From Tubulanus polymorphus (Eukaryota > Animalia > Nemertea), in assembly GCF_964204645.1 (NCBI RefSeq), contig NC_134030.1, positions 6,304,778 through 6,368,777 of the forward strand: a stretch of DNA of 64,000 nt. Reading direction: 5' to 3'. Below, one piece after another: positions 1 to 59,694 of this stretch (position 1 is the stretch's first letter; each line of letters starts with the position of its first letter). The notes under the pieces were generated by a model. That model was not told the DNA's origin and searched no databases. It saw nothing but the letters and a program-made list of their open reading frames with translations. A program made the translations under genes and the position numbers.

Positions 1-286
1 AATAAAATGAAATTTTTATAAGACTGGAAGATATGATTTTTTCAGACTTTATTACAAAAAACCAAAGTTTGAATTTTTCAAATTCTTTTAAAAAGCACAT
101 TTTGATATTGTTAGCACATGATAGTGTATTCCTCAATTCTTAACCTATGATATGAAGATCTTTAGCGCAATCTAGGCTAATCATATTTTTATCTTTACTA
201 ATCTCTTAATATAAGATTAAGCATAAGTGAAGATTGACGTCATCCCAAATACTAAAGGGAGACTTGTGCAAACTTGTACGGGGTAC

Positions 287-1960
287 TTAAGAATTTTTCT
301 GAGGGATCTTAATAGTGACGCATTTAACCTCGGAATACGCTTCCAAGCCGTATTCTCCGAGTTCACGACCCATACCGGACATCTTATACCCACCGAATGG
401 TGCAGCTGCATCGAACGCGTCGAAGCAGTTGACCCAAACGGTACCAGCGCGCAGGTTATTCGCCAGGTGCAACGCGTGGTCGAGGTTTTTCGTTTGCACC
501 GCTGCCGCCAGACCGTAGATCGTTTTGCCGGCGCGTTCGATCAATTCGTCCATCGTTTTGAACTTGATCAGTTGTTGAACGGGTCCGAAAATCTCTTCTT
601 TCGCGATCGTCATTTCGTCTGTGACGTCCGCGAACACGGTCGGCTGCACGTAGAAACCTTTATCGCCCATTCGTTCGCCGCCGACGAGAAGCTTCGCGCC
701 CTCTTTCTTTCCGGTGCCGATCAGCGCTAGGATCTTGTCCATCTGCTCGCCGTCGACTTGCGGGCCTTGTTCGTTAGTCTCGATGAACGGGTCGCCGACC
801 GAGCGTTTCTTTGCGCGTTCCACGCTCGCCTCGACGAACTGATCGTAGATATCCGCGTGAACGAACGTACGAGACCCGGCGCAGCAGCATTGACCTTGAT
901 TGAAGAACAGCGCGAAATGACTCGTCTCCACGGCTTCGGCGATGTCCACGTCGTTCAAGATGATGTTCGGGCTTTTGCCGCCGAGTTCCAAAGTCATCCT
1001 TTTCAGGTTTGACTCGGCAGCCATCTTGGCGACGAGCTGACCGACTTCAGTAGAACCTGAAATCATAGATGCGTTAGTTTTAAAACTCGATTAACAACAA
1101 TTAGAATTATGGGATCATACCTTGTTATGGTTTTAGATTCAGACTAGTGAGATGTGTTTACCTGTAAAAGCTACTTTGTCAAGATTCATGTGTGAAGCGA
1201 TTGCGGCTCCAGCAGTTGGTCCATATCCCGGTATGATGTTAATGACACCAGGGGGAAACCCAGCTTCAGCTGTCAAGGCCGCGACGTGGTTCGCGCTAAG
1301 AGGGGTTTGTTCGGCCGTTTTCATCACCAATGTATTACCCATCGCCAGCGCTGGACCAAGTTTCCATGCTTGCATCAGCAACGGGAAATTCCACGGAATA
1401 ATCTGTCCGCAAACGCCGACCGGCTCGTGTCGAGTGTAGGTGAAGAAATCGCCGCGAACTGGAATCGTTTTACCGTGATTCTTATCGGCCCAACCCGCGT
1501 AGTATCGGTAGACTTGGATCGACAGTTGCAAGTCGGCGGCCTTCGCTACGGCGTAGGGTTTACCATTGTCGAGCGTCTCCAATGCGGCAAGATGCTCCAA
1601 ATCTCGCTCCATCAGATCGGCGAGCTTGTGCAAAAGTCGACCGCGATCTGCAGCGTCCATTCGTCTCCACGGCGATCCCAGACGGAATGCTTCGTTGGCC
1701 GCTTTGACGGCGATGTCGACGTCGGCTTTGTCGCCCTCGGCAATTTCGCAGATTTTTTCACCAGTCGACGGGTTTATCGTCGGAAATGTTTTGCCGCTGA
1801 CAGCATCGACCCATTCATTGTTGATGAATAGTTTAGTGTACTCGACCGGGACGGTATCGTGGGATGGTGCAGCAGCTGCCTTCGTTGACATGGTGGCGAT
1901 GGCATGTTTGCGCAGTGGGGCGAGTCGGCTGCTTGCGGATAGGAAACGAGACAGAGACAT
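287..1960 (-). CDS. ALDH2: Aldehyde dehydrogenase, mitochondrial ALDH2/ALDH1-type, 2 exons (1960-1162, 1056-287), 522 aa
   Basis: The two ORFs join in frame across a 105-bp GT-AG intron to give FTG|STEVG. Hallmark motifs: [18 protein letters not shown] (general-base Glu), [12 protein letters not shown] (catalytic Cys), [18 protein letters not shown]-terminal KIPQKNS. The N-terminus [18 protein letters not shown] is Arg/Ser/Leu-rich and lacks acidic residues, like a mitochondrial presequence. Confidence 0.95.
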
Positions 1961-2469
1961 CTTTTTGGTAGAATTTACTGCTGAGCGTAGAGTAGGCCTA
2001 GGTGTGTCGTCAAGGACAAGGTCAGTCTGCAAAAGATAAAAGCGAAAGTGAAAGTAACTGAACTGCGCATGACTAAATAATCAGAATGAAAAAAAAAAAA
2101 TTGAAATGAAACTGAAAGTCAAAATTAATGTTGCATGCAGCAGCATACTTTAATTAATTTGTCAAACTTAACAACTTTACTTATTCTTATAAGAATCAAG
2201 AATCAAGATAGACAGTTGAATTTAGTTGACAATCACCAAAACAAGTAAAAAATTGCGTTAATTATCTGTGAAGGCGTACCCGTATAAATGGCGACGCTAT
2301 CTATCCTATTTAAAAACAGCAAACCTGTTGGCAACTGACCCGATAAGTCGAATACCATTACATGCTGCCACCTAGCGCCGGGTGTCGATAAAATCAAAAC
2401 CATCTGGTGCTGCCCTCTCCCGTCAGATCTATACATGACCTAGTTTATTTAATCGAAAGGCGTTCAAAA
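1961..2469. promoter_or_regulatory. Probable bidirectional promoter region between ALDH2 and Neurexin IV
   Basis: The divergent ATGs (1960 minus, 2470 plus) are only about 510 bp apart. Inferred from gene geometry only. Confidence 0.5.
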
Positions 2470-17413
<14,944 letters not shown>

Positions 17414-17480
17414 ATCATTGTCGGATAGCTACGTGCCGTATATACTGGTATATGTTACCACAAGCAATCGCTACTTTGTA

Positions 17481-17703
17481 CAGGGTTCTTACGGGTTTGG
17501 GAAGTCTTTGAAAATGGGAAGTTTACACATTTTATAACAAACTTTATGAAAATACTTTAGGCCCATCTACATGAGAGTAATGATCCTTTATTTTCAATCT
17601 ACAGGGGGGAAAAGTTCAGGCCTCTGCAATGTGAAACTTAGGGGTATGGAAAATTTATTATCTGGGTATGGAAAATGAAATTGGGAAACCCAAAAGAACC
17701 CTG
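17481..17703. mobile_element. Degenerate CAGGG-ended MITE in the presumed Nrx-IV 3' UTR
   Basis: Termini CAGGGTTCTT / AAGAACCCTG (10-bp perfect inverted repeat); internal duplicated GGGTATGGAAAAT. Confidence 0.5.
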
Positions 17704-19546
17704 TTTATACATATACATACAATATAAACTTTATTTATTTATTCATTCCGTGCAAATTTACGCAAACTATTGTTATGTCCATCCATATTCGAAATCCATC
17801 CAATACTGTCTTATTCAACATTCCAGAAGCATGCTTTCAATAACCATTTCCATATTTGTTCATATTTCCTTGAATTTGAAAATCAATCTACACACACCAG
17901 GTACTACTCTGCTATTTCACAATTTGTAGTTCATGGCGATTTATTATTATTCTTGAACCGTGAATATTCTGCTGCTAAATGAAAAGCAGATCTGTGATTA
18001 CGGGATATACACAGGTATTGCTCGTTTTAAAGGGCTTACCGTTAATGCTGGTTTAATATTATGATTCATCGAAATCTAACAAATATAGAATTTGTTATTA
18101 CGCCTTGCTTCCCCTGATGTACATTTATTATGATATAACAAAAACGTTTGCCTAGTGGGTATAATTGTATATTTTTGCTGGTTGCATACTTTATATTTCA
18201 AGATTCTACGTGACATAACGTACGTTTCTTAAGCCCTCTGTATTTTGATTGATTTCCTCCTTTGAACTTAGAATAGAATCAATTCAAGAGTTCAAATATT
18301 TTGAAAAAAACTGCGCGTTGGATTGGATTGCTGCATGCACACATTCGAACTCTGAATACCTACTGATGTATGATGAATTTGTGGCCAATGGATAAAAAAA
18401 GATGTGTTATACATATAAACAAACAATCATTAAAGGTGGTTTAAGGAAATGATTTAGAACGAGTCTTTTGTAAATAAATATTGATGAGGCTTTTTGTATG
18501 AGTTTTATATATTTATCTAGCTGTAAAAATGAAAAACGTATCATAACGTATTAGTTTTAAACATTTATTTATATCTATCAATATTTGTGTCTCGAGACTA
18601 ATCGACAATGAAAATGACTGCAGTTAAGAGAATGTTTTAAGCTTGAAATTGGTCAATATTGAGTTGTTACTAATCTAATCCATCCTTTCTCTATGAGATT
18701 CCGTCACATAGTTTTTGCAGTCTTAAACCTTTATTCTCAATTCTATTCAAATCTTTGTATTAAATTATTTAAATTATCAATAGTTTTCATTAATTTGTAA
18801 TATGATTTTTTCCTAAGCGCTTCGATCATTGGAAATCATTATGATTCAATTCTATGTATTGTACAGGTTTTATAAGGATACTTTCTGTTATGATGCACAG
18901 AAATAATAAAAATATTTTACATTTTATACTCAAAATATAGAAATTTTTGTTGTGTATAGGCTTCAGCTTTTACACTGCATACTGCAGCCATATTCATAAA
19001 TCCTCAGTTAGCGTAGTTTCTTGGTAAGTGGCTGTCCGTAAAAGACGTCCAAGGTCGATGGGGTTTGTGAACTGTTTGATTCATAACTATACTATGAGGG
19101 ACAGCAGCGCATATCCTAAGTGGCCTGTGCAGGGTTAATAGCACTTTACAGCACTTTCGTGAAAAGCACAGATCGGGACCTTATATTTTCTTAGACTTGC
19201 TACAAACCATGCTGGGGGTTTTTTGTCCGAGAATGAACCATGCATGCGATATCGAAATGAAAACTAACTAACAAACTTTCAATATCAGAAGATAATGTTA
19301 TTGGTATCACATTATTTATCTTCATACATTCTCACATCTTCATACAATTTTCGTGTATAAATGAAAAAGGATAATAGCTACTACCATAAAAGTACATGCG
19401 TAAGTAACTGACAAGATTCATTAAAGAGATAAAAAACTGTTCATATCACCTTTGCTAAAACAATAAAACTGAATTACATAAATAAAATATTTATAAAATA
19501 CTAACATCAAGATTTTAGTACTAAAATATTCTTGTGTAAATCGATT

Positions 19547-22500
19547 TCACGCAACTGAATGATTCCCGATTTTTTGGTCATCACTTTGATCGTTTTCACT
19601 ATCATTTTCGCTAACGTTGACATCTTTTTTGTGAGCGATTGAATCGATGCGAAGACGTTTATAGTCGACTTTGCAGAGTAGTAACATCACAGGAGATAAA
19701 ACAGTTGATGCCATGAACAACCAATTCATCCACATGGTACCTGAATGAAAACATTCTCAAAACGTGTTATCATTTATTTTTTACAACAGACTCAAAAATA
19801 CAAATAAAATCACAGGTACTCGCGGGTTACCCACCTAAATTCAGGCCCGGTATGGCAGGAATGAGCAAAAACAGCAACGCGATAACATTCAAACCGACGA
19901 TAGGAATGATCATCGAAACGCCTTCGTTGACGGGATGACTCAGCTCGCAAGTCACCTCGTATATCAACGGCATCGTGCTCATTAGAAACACTCCTAACAT
20001 TATCACAGAAATATAAACAGTAGCTGAAAATAAAACAATTGCACGTTATCAACATAATTTGATAGCTGAAAATTAGATTCCAAGTAAGAGGAAGCTCAAG
20101 GATCGAGACTCAATTTAAACCTACTATAATAGACCGGTATATATCCAGCACACTGTAGTGTGAACCAAACAACCATCACTGCCCCAAAACTATTACCAAC
20201 TACCATTATGCTTTTAAAATGACCTTTAAAGTAAGTATCAGCAATCCTGCAAACATCAAGAAATACGTTTCATTTCAACTAGACATGGATGAAAATCTAC
20301 ACGAAACGAATGCTTAATTTCACAGTTACGCTCAAACTTACGCTCCAACTCCTACTCCGAGTATATTTCCAAATATAACATTCAAAAACATCATCATTCC
20401 AACTTCGGTCTGAAATTAAACATTGATCATTTTTATTTGCCGCCAGAAGTCAAAAATCCAAAGACTTTCACTGATCCACCTCACACTACGCGGACAAATT
20501 TAAATAGAAGGTACACTGAAACTATGTAGGTACCTGTTTAATGCCAAGCGTTTTCAGATTCACTTCCAGCATAGCGTACCAGCCAATATAAACACCCATC
20601 GGTACCTGAGATGCGACTACAAACAGCCAGTATTGACGATGCCTGAAAAATATGCGAACATTATTCCAAGCTACAGATCAAAAGCAGATAGCTGCAATAA
20701 GTAAAAACATTGAATTGTTAGGATTCAGAACGCTAAATATCTCATGAGAAGATATTTAGCCTTCTGCAAAACCTTAACATCCATCCACGATTATAAGAGA
20801 TCTCACCGTATAAGAGATTTGATAGCCTCTTTGAAAGGTATACTATCCATCGATGCGGATAAACTCGGCGGCATTGGAGGTTTATTAGGAAAGTATATGA
20901 GGGATGCAAGGAACAAAGCCGTCCCAGCAGCCATATCTAATTAAAGGAAAAGAAAAAACTGAATTAAAAGCCAGTGGTGTATACGAATATCCTTGATACA
21001 TGTAAGCGATCTTTCTGCAAGTCACAGTTTCTTAGGTGGAGTAGACCAAATTGGCATGAATCCAACCAAAGGCCACCGGTAACTGTCGTTTACCTAGTTG
21101 TCATCAGTAAGAATTGAATAAAGAATAGTGGCAAACAAGGCAACTTACGTATGTAGAGAACTATCATGATTTCGTCAAATTGTTTCTTAATCTCGGCATC
21201 TGGAAGATGTAAATATACTTATGAATGGCAGACCAGGGGTCGGTTTTATAGACCGGTATTAACTAAGTTATGAAATGAGTTAACTACTTGGCTACTAGGT
21301 TTAAGTTAGTACCAGTCTATCAAACTGGTGCCTGGTATTCCGTTAGTCCAGATAGAGTTATTAAATGAGGACTGACCTGTTCTATTGCTATGTTTGCTGA
21401 AAATGAAAAGAAATAATCTGTAATGATATTATTCACAACTTTACAAATTTATCTTATCAAAAGATCAGAGTGAAGATTACCTCCAGTGAGCTGGATGAGT
21501 TAAGTTGAATTCGGATACAATATAGGGACCTGAAAATTATTTTAAGAACCATGAGATTGATCTATGTACTGAGAGTTAACAAATTAGTGTAGCTTTTTGT
21601 AGCATTAAGTTTTCAATGGGATAGGCTGAAAAATGCAGCCTAGTAGACTGACCCAGTATCGATTGTAAAGCAGCACCGAGTGGATTACACATAGAACTGA
21701 TAGCTGTAGCTGTAGTACGCTGATTCACGGGGAACCAAACAGAAGAGACTAGAGCAGGAGCAATCTGACCAAAACTCAACGTTAAACCATTTAACAGCTG
21801 ACCGATATTCAATGCCCTGAATTAGAATGAAATCAGAAACAAAAAATGTAACAAAGAAAAATTGACAGTAAAATCTCAATTCGTGTGTGAAAAAAATGTA
21901 ATCACAGTCCTTCTAAGGTTTTCGTACCATGGCAGAGTCTCTCTAAGGGAGGATAGGACGTAAAACTAGGGGTCCAGGGACACCATGCCCACTTGGGAAG
22001 TGGTTTCCAATGCTCAACAATCTAACAATTTCAATATTCAACGCCCGTGGTGACCATATACAAAAGCCAATGACCTTGAAACTCACTACAATCATAGAAC
22101 ATGTCAACAGCTACTTAAGTCCCAAGTGGGCTAAAAATGAATTAAATGTAATGATGGCTTGATAAACGAATCTACTTTTCAATGAAGGAAAAATTTAAAA
22201 ATCTATAACTCGTTCATTTACCATTTATAGAAGTCAGGGTTGATACCAACAAACAATCGAATTCCGGCACTGAGAAATATTAAACCTGAGCTCACAACCA
22301 TTGATATCCTTAAGCCTGTAATGATACATCATTTAATTAAACTGAAGGTTCACTTTCAATTTACGAATATCTAATTTTTATAATCGATTAAATAGATCAC
22401 TCACATACCTAGATAATCAGAGGCCCAACTAAAGGGGATCACAGTCAAAAGAAAACCGATAGGACCCCAGTTTGAAAGCAGCGCTATTTCACCATCGGTC

Positions 22501-23378
22501 ATATTGAAAACATCTTCGGTCGAATGAGCAATTGGTCCCCAAGTTCCCCAAACAGCTCCATTCATGAAGCACATCAGCGAAAATAGAAACAAAACATAAC
22601 TGCAAAAAACAACAATGAAAACATATAAGACGGTAAATACCACGTAAAGACCACGTCTCAAAGGATCAATACATGTAGTTTAGTTTAGTAGAACAGCATA
22701 TCTAATATGCCGCAGTAAACTAGCATTCTAACAGAAAGTCAGTTCCGGTAACCTAATGGTTGGTGTAAGCGTTAATAATCGGATGATGGGCTTCCCTAAA
22801 CTGAACCACAGATATACTGACTAACAGTGAATATGACTGATAATAAACGGCAGTGGTTATTTAGCCAAACAAGTCGTTTTAAACCTCTTGTAAGTCATAC
22901 TTCCTCAAATTGCAATTTAGAAAATCCTGTGGCAGCCCGCTAAGGTATCTGATAGCTGTCGGTTTCCCTGTTTTCCTTGGCCTTAGGTTTTTATAGGCTA
23001 CATTTCATACAAAATTGTATGGGGTCAAATATCTGCAAGCAAAATAAAATTGTCGTCTACGTACAATCTTCTTTTGTACGGTTTTAAACCGAGACTGTCA
23101 GCTGTCACGACGACTTCATCAGGTGACGTTGTGCTATAATGTCGTGTTGTTATCAACGGCTCCCTATCTTCAGCGTTTACAACCAGATCTCTGGAGAACG
23201 TACGGCGCAAAGTTGGCACGCTCGACCTGCGGAACCTCTTCATGTCCCGGCTTCGGTCAGGAAGTGGTGGTAATCTGCTAGATGATGGCGAAAACTGATC
23301 GTGCTGTTCGTCATCATCGTCATCATCATTTTGATCGGGGATGATATCATCACGAGATGCGGGTGGGTATTCAGCCAT
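19547..23378 (-). CDS. SLC49A4: MFS transporter SLC49A4/DIRC2-like (FLVCR family), multi-exon; exon 1 23378-23065, exon 2 22599-22409, last exon ends 19547
   Basis: Spliced sequence [29 protein letters not shown]...IALLSNWGPIGF, GQLLNGL, SSVWFPVNQRTTATAI, YFPNKPPMPPS, WMNW...YKRLRID matches DIRC2 motifs as I recall them. N-terminal DREPLI fits the [DE]xxxL[LI] lysosomal sorting motif. Some internal short exons were not individually verified. Confidence 0.88.
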
Positions 23379-24473
23379 CACTCTTGAGGTCAATATTTAT
23401 TCTATCCTGCTGAAATTACTAGAAGTGATATTTCTTACAAGCCTCGTAGAAATTTATCGTTTGTTGGTTTTCGCTCAGTAATCCTCAGTCGTTTCTGCTT
23501 TACTGCTCAGCTGATCGGCTCTACGACCTTGAACAATTTAGCATTGTAACGTACATGGCTATTTATCGCCGAGATCAGTTCAAAATGCGGGTGATATTTT
23601 CCCTAGGATAATGACTTGAAACGTCCGACACACATGTAACCTTAACGAGCATTTTCACAGCTTAAGGCTCTATCCATCCAAGATTCATCTTTAGGACAAA
23701 GAAGCAAGGATTTAATCATGTTAATCTAAAAAAAATCATAAAACGAAACTGACGAAATACTAAGATTGCAATCTTATTCTAGGTATGCCATTCTAGAAAT
23801 GAAATCCACATTTTCATGAAATACATGTATCGCCTTCCATCTCAAATTCTGGTCACACCCTTAGGTTTCTGTACAGTTCACTTTTTACAAACATCAATCG
23901 TATCGCCTATCGTAGCGGATTTTCAATGTCCCGCGCTGTTAAGGACCTGTCCACAGTGAAATCGGAAAACAAATTGGAACAGTACCGATAGGCCTTGCTT
24001 AAGGCAAATTGCAAGTTGGTAAGAAATACAGTGGAATTAGTTAATACAACAAGCCATAGCCAAAATACGCTGTGCAGACACTGTACAGGGCCATATTAAA
24101 TTTCATAATATTATGATATATTAGTCATCCGGCCAACGAGGACTGAATAGCAATAATTTATTTGCTCAACTATCAATGAAGTTCCAAAAACATCTGCGCT
24201 ATAAAATACAGGCAGCTGATGGACTAAGACAACGATGCCTAGGACAGAGGCATTCTGCTCTCTCAAAAACGCAGACGTGGACACTGGTTATTTTCCAGTC
24301 AAATGATATAACTCCAGGTAAATAATACTCAAACGCTGTCACCACCGCTAGAACGCGTTGGTTTTCGGTTTTGGAATTTGGAGACTGTCTTGTACCGTCT
24401 TGACCTGCCTCAATCACACTAATATAAGAATCATAGACCTAACTAATTTTGCAGTGTGACTATGCCATTAGCC

Positions 24474-35909
<11,436 letters not shown>

Positions 35910-36709
35910 ATACGAACGGAACATAGCCAACTGGATGAGTTTTGTTTTCGCAAATAAAATAAATGTATAACGGATCAAACAAGAAGTTTGCAAGGATTTA
36001 TTAGTCGTTGAATTTTTGTTACAGTCTAGTCAAGTTGACTAGGCAGTTTCGATGATGGTCATCTCACTGGTTATTCTTGAACTTGAATCTGGTAAGACTA
36101 AGGGAAATACTTGGCTACTTAATGTTGGTCCTGAAAATCAAACAAGTTAAGATCGATTTTATCAGTAAAGCCCATTTTGGACGCAATTGTCGTAGTATTT
36201 TTGGAGTTGCCTTCAAAAATTTCCTTCAATGACGCATAGAAAATGATCATATCAATAAATCTGTATTCGTCATTTATTATTCACTATATAATAGATTTTC
36301 AATAAACAACAATAAATAATCATTTACAAATTTTAAATCTTTGAAGTTGAAACGGTTTTTTTCACGCACGTGACTAACCGGTGATCACGTGGTATTTAGC
36401 TATACGTATAATTTTTCGTCGGTCGCATTATAATGATATATACACGCGATGATAATCTTCGATAATTAATAATAATAATTAATCATTTAAGGAATTAATC
36501 AATATGACAGACACAGCCTTAACATTTTTAGGTAAATTCGTATCCAGCCAACGATCATTCGTCTCGAATCACAACACTCAATCACACCTCATTCACAGGA
36601 CTTACATTCAAATTATTTAGCGATTAGAAAAGCTTTAGTGGACCAACTTCCACCAAAGTTTGGAGTTAAATGTGGACCCTAGAGTAGAAGATGAAGTTAT
36701 ATTTACTTT

Positions 36710-36985
36710 AATGGGGGTACCGGCAACGCCATTGTGACAAACAAGGATTCAGCGATGACCCCCCAGGATCGCTAGTGGCACTGGGTTACCGCGCACCAAT
36801 TTCCTTCTACATATCATTTAACTTCGAATCGAGTTTTCTCATGAGTAAATCAATTTTCAGCAAAATCTGCACCATAACACTGAGTGAGGAAGAAAATGAA
36901 TGTTAGATCTTGTTTTCAGATTTGGAAACCTAAAAATCAAATACAAATTTCAATGAAAATGAACTGATTTAAACCTACGAGCAAT
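36710..36985. mobile_element. MITE copy (reverse orientation of 13823-14144) in the presumed dopamine receptor 3' UTR
   Basis: Reverse-complement similarity to 13860-14144 over about 270 bp. Confidence 0.6.
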
Positions 36986-38162
36986 CATCTCACCGATGAG
37001 AGATTGCTCGTGATTGAGATGATTACACGTAGATTAAACCGACGTTGACTAGGGTAGGGTACCTTCATCAGAGTCGGCAATTTAACTCCAAACTATGTGA
37101 ACTAAGGCCTTGAATCACCAACTAACTAACTAAAACCGGTAAATCATCCTATCCAATCCCTCAAGGTTCGGTAAAATCGTTCATTTTGAACAGCGATGCT
37201 AATTTTTCGTGCAGGGGTTTTATATGCTATTACAGTTAATGAAGAACGCGTAATCTTTATGACAGGAAACTCTAGGATATCATTCGTGAAACTCAGTACT
37301 CTAATATCATTAATAGACGTTTATCCTTTTAAGGAAAGCATATCTAAAAAAGCTCATGGATGTTTTGCAAATTGGAAATCTGCGTGATCTTTTTTACATA
37401 CGACATTTTCCGACTTATAAAAACATGTACACTTTGAGACTGATTACGTATAATCGTGTTCTACGTCAAAAACTCGGTACGTCCACCACCATTTCGTCAT
37501 AACGAAAAACGATTGTTGCCTGACAATCAAAATAGAGAATTGAGCAAGCTTATTACCGATAGAAACCATAATATTGCAAATACAACTGATATTTCAGATT
37601 GATGTTTTTACCCTGGCGTCGGGTAGGCCGGGTTACCCTAGTAAATGAATGTCTTTATGATGATGATATGCCCCTAAACAATTGCTTATAGACTAAGTAT
37701 TGTATGTGTATGTTTTTTTTTTTCGTTTTTGACACAAAACTGTTTTATGGAGGTTACACAAACTTGTCTCTCGAGGGATTTAACTAATTTGAATTAAATA
37801 TAGCTATAATACTCGCAGCGTCAGAAAAATTGCCTGATGTAAACATACAACATTCTTTTATGAATATACCTAAATGTATGATACACTCACTTTGGTGCGC
37901 GATTTAAATTCTATTGGGTAATAATTATGAAGTAAAGGTTAATGAAATGAAGCAAAAGCGTTGTCGGTATATCATCAGATACGGGGGAGCCTCCCACAAC
38001 TTGAGACTTAGATTGGCAATTCTGGCACATAATACTTAAAGATTCATGAAAGCTATTACATAATCAATGCTCATCATATACAATTTTCGTTATTTTCGTT
38101 CATCTATATCGATTGATTTATTCATTCTATTTACAAGCGATTATTTATGAAAATGCGCTCCG

Positions 38163-59694
<21,532 letters not shown>

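Noticed and set aside
217-2039. Several plus-strand ORFs (167, 181, 157 aa and shorter) overlapping ALDH2
   Set aside because: Antisense shadows of a GC-rich coding sequence; no recognisable motifs.
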